DNA of 64,000 nt from Eledone cirrhosa (lineage: Eukaryota). The stretch is from NCBI GenBank assembly GCA_964016885.1, contig OZ024749.1:31806001-31870000 (forward strand), read 5' to 3'. Below, piece by piece: positions 13,355-25,802 of this stretch (its first letter is position 1; every line of letters starts with the position of its first letter). The translations under genes were made by a program, and so were the position numbers. The notes under the pieces are model-generated. The model was not told the origin of the DNA. It saw nothing but the letters and a program-made list of their open reading frames with translations, and made no database searches.

Positions 13355-13562
13355 TAACAAAGAGGATGTGGTAATATACCAGTTGGGCCATAACGCACCA
13401 GAGTACTCAATAATTAGGGTAGTAGAGTGGGTAATAGGAAAAGAGACAGGTCCCCGACGGCTGAGCTCCGGCCGTTCCGGCAGCTAGGTCCGAATTGTTA
13501 GGAACTAGCTGTCGAAACGGCGGCCGGAGCTCAGCCGTCGGGGACCTGTCTCTTTTCCTATA
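13355..13562. mobile_element. Family-D fold-back insert carrying the 3' half of a hammerhead
   Basis: GAA-ACGGC..GCCGT-C-GGGG; inverted arms; relatives at 20565-20750, 27497-27602, 27638-27840 and 37720-37910. Confidence 0.7.
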
Positions 13563-13567
13563 TATAC

Positions 13568-13611
<44 letters not shown>

Positions 13612-13654
13612 GTGTGTGTGTGTCACATGTATATATATAAAAATATATATATAT

Positions 13655-13930
13655 GGTAGAACACTGTGTAATATCTGTAGTAGTAGAGCACTCAGTCCAT
13701 GGGACGAGTTTGGTAGCAGTAGTAATACAACAGTTAGTTCCCCATACCGAGAACAATTGTTTCACCTTAGCGGATCTTCTCCGAGCTGAAAATCCGCATA
13801 AAGTGAAATAATCGTTCTTGGTATGGTGAACTAACTGTTGTGTTACTACTTCTAAGTAAGGTACTCAATACATATGCATCCTGGTGATTTCTCACGAATG
13901 AAACAGTTCTAGTGTGTAGAAGCTTTTCTA
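13655..13930. mobile_element. Family-B fold-back insert abutting a family-A hammerhead variant
   Basis: Inverted arms caacagttagttc...gaactaactgttg around CTGAAAA/GAAA cores; CTGGTGA-TTTCTCACGAAT-GAAACAG...TGTAGAAGC at about 13880-13923. Confidence 0.65.
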
Positions 13931-13943
13931 TATAAAAAAATAA

Positions 13944-13975
<32 letters not shown>

Positions 13976-14107
13976 GTATATATATATTAGGGTAAACATT
14001 GATGCAATTCAATTCAAGCACTCAACGTACTTTTTCCACATAGGAGTGACGGAGTAAATATCGAATAAGGAAAAAAGCTTCTACAGGACTAGAACTGTTT
14101 CATTCAA

Positions 14108-14155
<48 letters not shown>

Positions 14156-14292
14156 CAGGATAGAGCCAATTTAAAACTAGCTAGACCATTACTCAACAGA
14201 GTACTCGATATTTGAGGTAATAGAGTTATATTATAAAGAGTCGGGGCCTGACTGCTGAGCTATTGCCATTTCAACAGCTAGATTAGAATGCA

Positions 14293-14477
14293 ATAATTGT
14301 TTCTACTTTAGGCACAAGGCCAGCAATTATCCAGTGCATTACTGGTACTTTATTTTATCGACTCCGTAAGGATGAAAGGCAAAGTCAACCTCGGCGGGAT
14401 TTGAACTCAGATCGTAAAGGGACGTAACTATGCTGGAAAGCATGGCGTCCGACCCTCTACCGATACTGCCAATCCAT
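14293..14477 (-). mobile_element. SINE
   Basis: Reverse consensus match. Confidence 0.9.
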
Positions 14478-14884
14478 GCACAGACACACCAATAGTAATT
14501 ATTATGCAACTTTTACCGTAAAAGAAAAAGCTCATCCGATTTAAAATGTTAAAAGATTTTTAACCTTCTTCATGAATATGTGATGTGGTAAATGTATATA
14601 TACATAGACATCAGGTGTGAATACAGTGGAACCAAAGCCGCACAGTAACTACCTCCGTTCTTCCCATCTCTATTATGAGCAAATGTGGGTCCACACGGCC
14701 TCGGTGCAGAGAACAGAGAAGGATGGTGAGAGAGCCACGCTGGAAGAACCATTTCAGCTCGCGAGATTCACGCCTGCGGGTTGCCAAACCCGTGCGATGG
14801 TAGTGAGTAGGGAGGTGGTCCTTCTTCATTACATAAGATATATAAATATGACAACAATACAGAATTGAATATTTATTCATACAG

Positions 14885-15052
14885 ATTTGAATGAAGAAAT
14901 ATCGTCCACAGATAAGGAAACTGAAGAAGTAAAAAATGATATAGAATACTGGAAATTGTATGAAGAAAAAGGTCAGTTTGAACACGAGAACTACATAGAA
15001 CGTCTGCAAACACAACTGAAGGATTTAGACCAATGCCACGACTATTTACACA
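14885..15052 (+). CDS. CCDC83: CCDC83-like exon 4 (DLNEEISSTDKETEEVKNDIEYWKLYEEKG...DYLH)
   Basis: tacag| acceptor, A|GTAAGT donor, 168 nt, phase 1 to 1; EYWxxY..G motif as in recalled CCDC83 'EYWEEYKNVG'. Confidence 0.85.
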
Positions 15053-15687
15053 GTAAGTAACTCACCCCTCTATAGAGTTTCCTTTCTAATACATGTATAA
15101 AAAGCAGTGGATTGGCAGTAATCGACAGAGTATCGCAGAACATACAACTTATTGATTTTCGCTACAGAACGGTTGCTTGTGCAGATCCAATTCTTTTGTA
15201 TGGGAAGCGACTCTTCAAAAATTTATTTTGAGTGCTTTCCCCTGAAAGAAATCTTTTTTTTTTTTTCATATTAAGATGTTAATAGTTTATAATTTTTTTG
15301 TATAAGGCCACTAATTTCGGTGGCAGAGGAAGAGAGAGTCGATTGTATCGACCTCACTACGTGACTGTTACTTTGCTTTATCGATTTCGGAAGGATTAAA
15401 GCCAAAGTTAACCTCAGTGGGATTTCAAATACTATTCATCAATAAACGAAGCTCGACTGAAAAGTTCATATTTTCACCAAGATACTCTCATGGAATGACT
15501 AAATGAGGTTTATTTTTCATCATAGCCCCTGGAAAGAAACAATGCAGTTATTAATTAGAAGATTTGAAATGAATGCCTGCAAGATTTCAAATCTCTAACA
15601 TCACTCCTTCATAGTCAGGCTATGAGGTTTTCAGCCGAAATATAAGTTCAGTAATGGTCGCAGTAAAACGGAGGTTTATTAATGCAG

Positions 15688-16142
15688 GGCGGTGGATTGG
15701 CAGTATCGGTAGAGGGTCGGACGCCATGCTTTCCAGCATAGTTACGTCCCTTTATGATCTGAGTTCAAACCCCGCCGAGGTTAACTTTGCCTTTCATCCT
15801 TACGGGGTCGATAAAATAAAGTACCAGTAATGCACTGGGTAATTGCTGGCCTTGTGCCAAAAGTAGAAACAATTAATGCAGTAGATGCTGTCATTTTTAG
15901 CATTTCAAATAAAATTCCTTCTGGTTTGGTTTCCAAACACTCTTCCGGTGAAATAATTGTTTCTACTTTTTGGCACAAGGCCAGCAATTATACCAGTGTA
16001 TTACTGGTACTTTATTTTATCTACCCCGTAAGGATGAAAGGCAAAGTTAACCTCGGCGGGATTTGAACTCAGTCCGTAAAGGGACGTAACTGTGCTGCAA
16101 AGCATGGCGTCCGACCCTCTACCGATACTGCCAATCCACCAC
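15688..16142. mobile_element. Tail-to-tail inverted SINE pair (15688-15874 +, 15953-16142 -)
   Basis: Consensus matches; the - copy is flanked by the direct repeat ctcttccggtgaaataat (TSD-like). Confidence 0.9.
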
Positions 16143-16310
16143 CCTCTTCCGGTGAAATAATGTATTTTTTCAAGTATTAAGCTTATGTTAATCTATCTCT
16201 ACATGCCTAATGTTCTTCTAAATGTCAATCTATCTAGCTATCTAACTATCAATTCCATACATGGGTGACATATATATCTAGCTAACAATTTATCTCTCTC
16301 TCTCTCTCTG

Positions 16311-16369
<59 letters not shown>

Positions 16370-16372
16370 ATA

Positions 16373-16730
16373 ATAATTGTTTCTACTTTTGGCACAAGGC
16401 CAGCAATTACCCAGTGCATTACTGGTAATTTATTTTATCGACCCCGTAAGGATGAAAGGCAAAGTTAACCTCAGCGGGATTTGAACTCAGAATGGCAAGG
16501 GCCGTAACTCTATGCGTCGAAGTATGGCGTCCGACCTTCTACCGATACTGCCAATCCACCGCCCTGGGACGTAATAATAATAATAGTAATTACTCATTGC
16601 ATTACTCGTACTTTATTTTATCGACCCCTAAAGTTAACCTCGACGGGATTTGAACTCAGTCTGTAAAGGGGCGTAACTATGCTGGAAAGCATGGCGTCCG
16701 ACCCTCTGCCGATACTGCCAATTCACCGAT
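16373..16730 (-). mobile_element. Two SINE copies
   Basis: Reverse consensus matches. Confidence 0.85.
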
Positions 16731-16795
16731 GATAGTAATAATAAAAAATAAGGGTGAAAGCAGCAATTCTTTGCTTAAACTTTAATCTGTTATTT

Positions 16796-16852
<57 letters not shown>

Positions 16853-17165
16853 ATATATATATATATATATATCACATAAGAAACGGAGAATCAGTGGCGC
16901 GACGAACAAAATTTCGTTCGTCGTGCCACTGATTCTCCGTTTCTTGTGTGATATTATACCCTGCTCTGTCAGACCATCGAGTGTTCAAATGGCATACCGC
17001 TTTCGGACGCTTTAAGCATCCCACACCAATTATATATATATATGTATTTATATATATATATTAGAAATGTAAGCTATCGCCGTATTTTGACTAAAGAAAT
17101 TAAAGAAATTATTTAGCCTGATAGTGGGGTTAAGAACCCTCGGAGAAATGGAAAAAGATGAATAT

Positions 17166-17238
17166 TGACGTACATGGGAGTCGAACCCACATCTTTGGTT
17201 ATCCGGACCACTGTGCTACCATTTACACCAACACATTA
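17166..17238 (-). ncRNA. tRNA-like (pseudo-tRNA) module in a repeat unit of about 270 bp; inverted copy at 17543-17614 (+)
   Basis: A box TGGTGTAAATGG, D stem GTGT/GCAC, anticodon-like stem TGGT/ACCA with loop CCGGATA, T arm GTGGG-TTCGACT-CCCAT. Confidence 0.6.
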
Positions 17239-17849
17239 CCCGTGTCTTTCCATTCAAATTTGAAGCTATGAACTTAGCGACTGTAATGTCAAGTAAGGAT
17301 ATTTTCGAAACAGCGAGTTGGTTTGAAATTATTAGAAATGGAAGCTATCGCCGTATTTTGACTAAAGAAATTAAAGAAATTATTTAGCCTGATAGTGGGG
17401 TTAAGAACCCCCGGAGAAATGGAAAAAGATGAGTATTGACATACACTAATAATTTCAAACCAACTCGCTGTTTCGAAAATATTCTTACTTGACATTACAG
17501 TCGCTAAGTTTATAGCTTCTAACTTGAATGTAAAGATACGGGTGATGTGTTGGTGTAAATGGTAGCACAGTGGTCCGGATAACCAAAGATGTGGGTCGAC
17601 TCCCATGTACGTCAATACTCATCTTTTTCCATTTCTCCGAGGGTTCTTAACCCCACTATCAGACTAAATCATTTCTTTAATTTCTTTAGTCAAAATACTG
17701 CGATAGCTTACATTTCTAATAATTTCAAACCAACTCGCTGTTTCGAAAATATGCTTACTTGATATATATATATATATATATGTATATGTACATATATGTA
17801 TATGTATATATATATACATATATATATATATACACATATATATATATAT

Positions 17850-18578
17850 AACTGTCGTTTATTTATCTATCATTTCTTCATAGGTGTCTTTTAATCTTAT
17901 AGTCTGGTTTAATTGTTTTTTTGTGTGGTTGATTATGCTGATTGGGAGAGGAAATGGTGTATATATTTTATCAAATGATTCTATGGACATACTTTATTGT
18001 ATATTGCTCTGATTGTTGATTGTTTAATTAATTAATTCGTCATTGAGCCACATCGTGAATGGTTGCCAAAAACATATATATATATATATATATGTATGAC
18101 TTTGTCTAGTTTGTGTACATGTAGATCTTTATATTTGATAATCTCCCATATGGTTGAGATGCAATTTAGGCAATATTAGGCTGCGCTTTCTAGCAACCAG
18201 CCCACTCGCCGTAAGGCACCAATCACACTCTTTCTGACTTGACCACTGCCACGTCACAGTTCTTAGCCATTTTGAATTCGTTTCTGGCGGGGATGATTTA
18301 AGAAAAATCTTCGTCCATGTGAGATTGTTTCCTGATGATTGCGAAGCTCGTGAATTTATCCTTGATCGGATATTTCCAAAAGCGAATGAAACCCCATGGA
18401 TAGAAACGTAATTTTGGTATGTTTATATACATTTTTTCTCCTAACTTTGATTTTATACCTAATTGGGTATGGTTGACGATATATTTAATCGATTTCCACG
18501 TACTATTGAAATGCTGGGTAAATATTCTATAGTCGTTGATCGCGAATAGATAACTGTCGTTTATTTATCTATTGTTTC

Positions 18579-18585
<7 letters not shown>
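17850..18585 (+). mobile_element. Family-C element, about 700 bp, terminally redundant, containing a hammerhead
   Basis: Direct repeat actgtcgtttatttatctat..tttcttcata at both ends; TA flanks; no ORF. Confidence 0.75.
18327..18407 (+). ncRNA. Hammerhead motif (family C)
   Basis: GTTTC-CTGATGA-about 49 nt-GAA-ACCCCATGGAT-A-GAAAC. Confidence 0.65.
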
Positions 18586-18629
<44 letters not shown>

Positions 18630-18632
18630 CAG

Positions 18633-18724
18633 CTGCTCTGGAAGAGAAATTCTTGCGAGAGAAAAACACGCACCACGATGCTATGTCGGAGAAAATGGAG
18701 GTTCACAAGAGGAAGGCGACGAAG
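18633..18724 (+). CDS. CCDC83: CCDC83-like exon 5 ([31 protein letters not shown])
   Basis: ttacag| acceptor directly after (TA)n, AAG|GTATTT donor, phase 1 to 0. Confidence 0.8.
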
Positions 18725-18753
18725 GTATTTAACAGTGCTGTATATATATATGT

Positions 18754-18840
<87 letters not shown>

Positions 18841-18842
18841 TT

Positions 18843-18912
<70 letters not shown>

Positions 18913-19025
18913 TGTGTCTGTCTGTGTCTGTGTGTGTGTGTGTGTGTGCGTGTGTGTCTGTCTGTCTGTGTGTGTGTGTGTGTCTGTGTTTGTCTCTGTG
19001 TGTCTGTATGTCTGTGTGTGTGTGT

Positions 19026-19056
<31 letters not shown>

Positions 19057-19068
19057 GGTGTGTGTGTT

Positions 19069-19101
<33 letters not shown>

Positions 19102-19610
19102 AAGCTAGACCCCTAGTTTTTGTTAGGGCATCATTCTAGAAGGAGAACCATGATTTAAAACCTGCGACATCATGGCGGCCAATGATGTCGACCTGTTCTT
19201 CTTTTTGGTGTTATGTCACGGTTGTTCTGAAAGTGTGATTGGTCCATTGGAAGACCTTTCTCACGCTTAAAAAATCTTCTGAAACAAGCATCACTTCATC
19301 TAAACGACTTTCACGTGTGTTGCGAGAGCACGGCCTTTTTTCTTTCTTTTTTGCAGCAGCATATTCAGAAAGGAATTTAAGTCCTTCGAGGGTTAAAAAG
19401 CCATGTGCGTGCCACCCATGTATGTGAAATACGTTAAGAGATGGCAGTTCTCGAAACTGCGATGCAGCCATGATATATGTACGTATACATTGAGATAGAC
19501 TGCACTTATAATTCAAAGGACCTGATTTACTTCATACTGCCATTCTGAATTACACTTAAATGGTACACGTGCTTATGAATCACTCGGTCACTTGACATTT
19601 CTCGTTACAG

Positions 19611-19679
19611 AAAGCTGTCGCCTTAATGCCGAAACACTGCTGCCTTCAGATGAAGGATAATGGATGGCTTAAGCGTGAA
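19611..19679 (+). CDS. CCDC83: CCDC83-like exon 6 (KAVALMPKHCCLQMKDNGWLKRE)
   Basis: ttacag| acceptor, GAA|GTAAGT donor, 69 nt, phase 0 to 0; matches recalled '[23 protein letters not shown]'. Confidence 0.85.
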
Positions 19680-19879
19680 GTAAGTACTTAAACTTGCAGA
19701 TATATACATATGTATATGATTTCTAAATATCAGATTTCCCAATATTTAACCTTATTTTCTAGGTAAATTTGTATTTAATGATTCAAGCAATATATATAAC
19801 GAAATAGCCGTCGAAACGGCTTGAGTTCTGCCGTCGGGGTTAAACATTTTCCTATATATATAGAGAGAGAGAGAGAGAT

Positions 19880-20491
19880 TTACATATACATAAACTAGAC
19901 AGAGCCATAGATATATATATTTGTTTTTGGCAACCATCACGGTGTGGCTCAATGACGAATTAATTAATTAAATAATCAACAATCAGAGCAATATACAAGA
20001 AAGTACGTCCATAGAATCACTTGATAAAATATATACAGTATTTCCTCTCCCAATCAGCATAATCAACCACACAAAAAATCAACTAAACAAGGCTATAAAA
20101 TTAAAAGGCACCTATGAAGAAACAATAGATAAATAAAAGATAGCTATTTTATTCGCGATCAACAGCCACAGAATATTTAGCCAGTATTTCTAATAGCCCG
20201 TGGAAATCGATTAGATATATAGTTAACCATACACAATTAGGTACAAAATCAAAGTTAGAAGAAAAAATGCATATAAGCATACCAAAATTATTAGAAATAC
20301 TGGGTAAATATTCTGTGGCTGTTGATCGCGAATAAAATAGCTATCGCTTATTTATCTATTGTTTCTTCATAGGTACATTTTAAACTTATAGCCTTGTTTA
20401 GTTGATTTTTTTGTGTGATTGATTATGCTGATTTGGAGAGGAAATTCTGTATATGTTTTATCAAATGATTCTATGGACACGTACTTTCTTG

Positions 20492-20492
<1 letters not shown>
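19880..20492. mobile_element. Family-C fold-back copy
   Basis: Reverse copy 19880-20290 followed by an inverted duplicate 20291-20492. Confidence 0.75.
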
Positions 20493-20566
<74 letters not shown>

Positions 20567-20755
20567 CGAAGGAAATGTGGTAAGGAACCAGGTGGACCAT
20601 AACGCACCAAAGTACTCAATACTTAGGGCAGTAGAGTGGGTAATAGGAACAAGTAAGACCCCGACGGCTGAGCTCAAGCCGACTGATTCAGTCCAGAATT
20701 AGCCGTCGAAACGGCTTGAGCTCAGCCGTCGAGGTCTTACTTGTTCCTATATATA

Positions 20756-20792
<37 letters not shown>

Positions 20793-21201
20793 GAAAATGT
20801 TTAATATATATATATAGAGAGAGAGAAAGAGGGGGGGGTCGCAGGTTCAACCGGGGAGTAACCACAGTTAGTAAGGTACTCAATACATTAGTAGAGTGTC
20901 AACATCATGTTGAGCCACACCGTGAAAGGTAGCCACACTCATATATGTATCTGTTACTATGTCTAAATATATGTCTAAATATATACATATATCCCTTTGA
21001 ATTTAATATATACTCCCGTAAGGTTAAGTAAAACTTTAGGCAGTATCTGCCTGCGCTTTCTAGCAACCAGCCTACTCACCGCCTGGCAACCAAAAACAAC
21101 TTTCTGCCTCGACCGCCAGCCAGCCACGTGGTAGTTCTTAGCCATTTTTGAATTTATTTCTGGCGGGGATCACGGTAGAAATTTTAGTCCAAACTCGAGG
21201 T

Positions 21202-21287
21202 GTCTCTTGATGAGTTCCAAGCCTCGTGGATAGATCCAGGATCGGATATATCCGCAGAAAAGGAACGAAACTACTGGTAATCGAAAC
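21202..21287 (+). ncRNA. Hammerhead motif (diverged family C copy, element at about 20905-21585)
   Basis: GTCTC-TTGATGA-GTTCC...GGAAC-GAA-ACTACTGGTAAT-C-GAAAC. Confidence 0.65.
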
Positions 21288-21700
21288 TAGAGGAATCTTG
21301 GTAAAGTTTATATGCATTTTTTCTTCTAACTTCTATTTTATCCCTAGCTCCGCGTAGTTGATTATTTTGTCTAGTCAATGTCTACGGGTTAAAAGGAATG
21401 ACTAGATAAATTGTATCTGGCTGTCCCTCGCGCAAGATAGTCTGTATCATTTGTCTATTATTTCTTCATAGTTACATTTCAAACTTATAGCCTCGTTTAA
21501 ATGATTATTTATGTGGTTGATTTATACGGACTAGGAAGAGGAAATACTGTATATATTTTATCTAATAATTCTTTGGACTTACATTTATATATATATATAT
21601 AATCGGTATAATTCGAAGTTGTAGCCGTAATATAGCAAAGAGAGAGAAAGAAAGAAAGCGAGAGAAAGAAAGAAAGAGAGAGAGAGAGAGTGTGTGTGTG

Positions 21701-21775
21701 TACAGAGTGTCCCAAAATTGTAAACACACTTCAGCAACATTCTAATCAGTGTGTTTACATTTTCTTGGAATAACC

Positions 21776-21778
<3 letters not shown>
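21701..21778. mobile_element. Tiny Tc1/mariner-type MITE; relative at 57997-58100
   Basis: tacagagtgtcccaaaa...ttcttggaataacctgt inverted ends. Confidence 0.5.
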
Positions 21779-21812
<34 letters not shown>

Positions 21813-22227
21813 GCATGTGTGTGTAAATATGTTGTTTTTTTTGTATGTGTGTGTATGGGTACGACATGTGAACGTGTGTGTGTGTGTGCCGACTTTCCCT
21901 CATTACACTATCCGCCTCCATCGAGTTTCGAAGTGTGACGATTTACAGATTGTTATTATGAACGAATCTAGCCGTTTGATTTTATTAGGCTTCTATAAGT
22001 ATTTATTTTAATATGTCGCCTAGTTTAATTAATCAGTGGCGCTATTTATTTATCAGTGACTAAAATTAATCAGGCTCTTATTAATTTCGCTTCTGAAACT
22101 GATTATAAGTATACGATAGATAGATAGATAGATAGATAGATACATAGATAGATAGATAGATAGATATCTTTCTTTATCGATAGATAGATATATATATATA
22201 GAGAGAGAGATAGATAGATAGATAGAT

Positions 22228-22768
22228 TTATTTATTAGCCACAAGGGCGCACTAGAAAAGGGGAGAAAACAAAGACACATGCCGGGGAATTTACATACAA
22301 TCGTGTAAAAATATTGAAACAAACAAATATAACAATCGAAATCCCCAATAGGGGGAGGTGGAGGCGCCACAAATGGGTTGTTTAATACCCCGTAGATAGA
22401 ACAACCCTCAACTCCAGGAGCATGTTGTGCAAGTGCTCCTTTCTTCCTTTTGCTCTCTTCTTCAACCTACAGGTTTATATACAGAGAAGGCCCAATCACT
22501 CGGGCCATTTTTGCCCCATTCACCCATCTTTCAGTAAATTTACTGGGGTGCAGTGCCTCTCTCTCCACTCTGATTCTCCTTCTAAAGTGGTACCTAAAGA
22601 AGGGAATGGGTTGTTGTCCGGAGAGAAAGGCATCTGTCCTCAGTCCTCTCAACCTCGTTCACCATATAACCTCTTTCACCATAGCCACTGTACAGAGGAA
22701 AACCGCCTCTCTTTCGTTTTTGAAAGAAGTTGGCGGTTTGATCCTTACTATGGACTCGGCAGTCAACT
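22228..22768 (-). mobile_element. Short 5'-truncated copy of the Tx1-type LINE
   Basis: Highly similar to 22790-23324; ends in aataaa followed by (TATC)n. Confidence 0.9.
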
Positions 22769-22785
22769 GGATTAATAGATAGATA

Positions 22786-24975
22786 TATTTCTTTATTAGC
22801 CACAAGGGCGCAACAAGAAAGGGGACAATACAAAGACATGCCGGGGATTTTACATACAGTCGTGTAAAAAATATAAAAACAAACAATTTCAACAATCGAA
22901 ATCCCCAATAGGGGGGAGGCGCCACAAATGGGTTGTTTAATACCCCGTCGATAGAACAACCCTCAACTCAAGGAGCGTGTTGTGCAAGTGCTCCCTTCTT
23001 CCTTTTGCTCTCTTCCTCAACCTACAGGCTTATAAACAGAGAAGGCCCAATCACTCGGGCCATTTTCGCTTCATTCACCCACCTTTCAGTAAATTTACTG
23101 GGGTGCAGTGCCTCTCTCTCCACCCTGATTCTCCTTCTAAAGTGATACTTAAAGAATGGAATCAATTGTTGTCCGGAGAGAAAGGCATCTGTCCTCAGTC
23201 CTCTCAACCTCGTCCACCATATAACTTCTTTCACCATAGCCACCGTACAGAGGAAAACCGCCTCTCTTTCGTTTTTGAAAGAGTCTGGCGGTTTGATCCT
23301 TACTATGGACTCGGCAGTCAACTGTATTTGTCCCATACGCGACAGCAGTTGTTCTGCATAGTTCCACAGGTCGCTTACGCCCGGGCAGTGTACAATTGCG
23401 TGCAGAACTGTTTCAATGTCCTGCGCACATCTTGGACACGTCCTCTTGGAAGGATCCCTGCCAGGGCGTCCGTGCCTGTAGATCTTGTCACGAACCGGTA
23501 GAGCTCCTCGGTAGCACTGCCAGGCCAGGGACCTCTGGAAGTTGTCCATAGGTCCCGGGCGGAAAGTCCTACCAAACATACTGGTGAGCTCATCGTCTTC
23601 GACGCCCAGAGTCTCTCCGAGCACGTCGTCGCCCTTGTAACGTACAATCCCTCTATAGAATGTCGAAGTCGAGTCTCCACTGATTGCTGCGCCCGCTTGC
23701 CAGAGGACTGTGAGCGCCTGAGCGCATTCAATGTGCCAGGCGCCCATCGTTTTCGGTCTTTTCTTCACCCAGGACTGCAGCTCCGTTAGCGAGACGAGCT
23801 GTGGGAAAGCCTGTCTCACAAACGGTGCCCACACCGGTTGGGGGTCGGTGAGGAATACCTGGAGATGCCGCAGCCTCAGCGCATGTTTGCGCATCATCAG
23901 CCACGGCATTCCCAGCCCTCCGTTGGAAGGGTGCTGACAGCAGACGGATCTCCTCACCAGCGGAGCCTGCTTCTTCCACAGAAACTGGAAGAGCATGCGT
24001 TCCATCTTGGCGAGGTGTTTACGGGGACAAGGCACGACAGTCAAGCGGTAGTAGATGACGGACGCTATGAAAGTGTTCGCCAGCTCCGCTCGACCTTTCA
24101 AGGACAGTTTGCACTCTGCCCACTTCTGAGTGAGTGCAAACACCTTGGCCGTGACCTCGTTCCAGTTTTTCTCCACCTGGAGGTCTGGACCGAACCAGAC
24201 CCCGAGCAATTTCACCGGTCCGTCCGTCCAGCGTCCAACGACGCTGTCGGATGTCATCGGTTTGCCTCTCCACGTACCGAGTTGCAAACCGACAGACTTG
24301 TCTGGGTTTAGTTTTGCTCCCGTCAGCGTTTCGTATTCTTTCAGTATGTTGCCGATCACCCCGATTTCCGAGGTGCTCGACACCATTACTGTCACGTCGT
24401 CGGCAAAAGCCGACGCCGCTTTGCGCAGTCCCGGTTCTAGGGGGATGCCCTGCAACAGCTCCAATTTCCGCAGTAGTGGCTCTAGAGTCAATACATACAG
24501 AATGGAGGAGAGACGCATCCCTGTCGAATGGAACGCGTGATTGCGAACGGCTCCGATAGGTAGCCGTTCACCTTGACCCTCGAGCAGATGCTGGTGTGCA
24601 TCGCCTCGATCCATCCTCTGAACACGGGACCGAAACCGGCCGCCTTGAGAACCGCTTCCAAGTATCGATGGTCGACCCTATCGAATGCCTTAGACTGATC
24701 CAAGTTGATCAGAGCCCCACCGAAGCCGGGTTTACTACCCACCCTCTCTATGATGTATCGCATGAGGTGGAGGTTGTCGTGTATGGACCTGGTCGGGATT
24801 GCACATGTTTGCGCTTTCCCTACCAGGTTCTCGACGACAAGCGCCAACCTCGTCGCTAGCACCTTGGCCAAAATCTTTAACTCTGTGTTGAGCAGAGTTA
24901 TGGGCCTGAAGTTGTTAATTTCGTCCCCCTTGTTCTCGTCTTTCCTGATCAGCGTTACTACGCCCTTGCCTGCAG
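22786..24975 (-). mobile_element. Tx1/L1-clade LINE, 5'-truncated, RT ORF with one frameshift near 24515
   Basis: NFRPITLLNTELKILAK, LDQSKAFDRVDH, IRQG, FADDVT, C-terminal CPRC...ETVLHAIVHC zinc knuckle; 21-bp TSD. Confidence 0.95.
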
Positions 24976-25433
24976 AACTGGATTAATAGATAGATAGATA
25001 GACGATTTGATATGTAGATAGTTTGATAAGTAAATAAGATTGATTGATAGATGTGCTACAAAATGTTAGTAAACATTTCCAGCCGTTTGTATTTAAGGTT
25101 AAATGCCATTTTCCTTCTGTTTGATCTGGCTGCCATTTATGGTGTTTGTAGCCACTCATGAGATATACTTCATGTTTATATTGTTTCTATGTTGGTCCTC
25201 GGTCGGTTCTGGTGATGAATGTTTCAGCTGTTTGACCAACGGAACATCCTCCTTGCAAAATTAATATGAAAGTGGCTCTAGCATTCTACAGAGACATCCT
25301 GAAATCATGAATGTAATAACACCGCAGGGAGATTCAGGTTCACGCAATGTATCACAAATATGATCATTGGAGCAACAGTTACAATGATGCCAACCCTCTA
25401 CGATTTTCAGACATAGTTTGAGTGCTCAAGATA

Positions 25434-25479
<46 letters not shown>

Positions 25480-25591
25480 TCTACTAACCCAAGTATCGAG
25501 TACTCCGCTGAATATTAAACTTACTAGTTCAAAACTGGTTAAATCCTTATATATATATAGAAGTGGTAACACAACAGTTAGTTCACCATAC

Positions 25592-25628
25592 CGAGAACAA
25601 TTGTTTCACCTTAACGGTCTTCAGCTCG
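25592..25628 (-). ncRNA. Minimal hammerhead (family B)
   Basis: CGAG-CTGAAGA-CCGTTAAGGT-GAA-ACAATTGT-T-CTCG. Confidence 0.8.
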
Positions 25629-25757
25629 TATATATATTTATATATATATATATATATATAAGTCTAAAGTCTGATTTAAGCGAGAAGGGTCATTTGGCCG
25701 GTGCTTATCCCGGTTTTATGACGTGAAGCGACTGAGAGTACAAAATTCCCGCTGGAC

Positions 25758-25802
<45 letters not shown>

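Noticed and set aside
14616-14868. 83-aa ORF just upstream of exon 4
   Set aside because: No recognisable homology, and exons 3 and 4 already join in frame without it.
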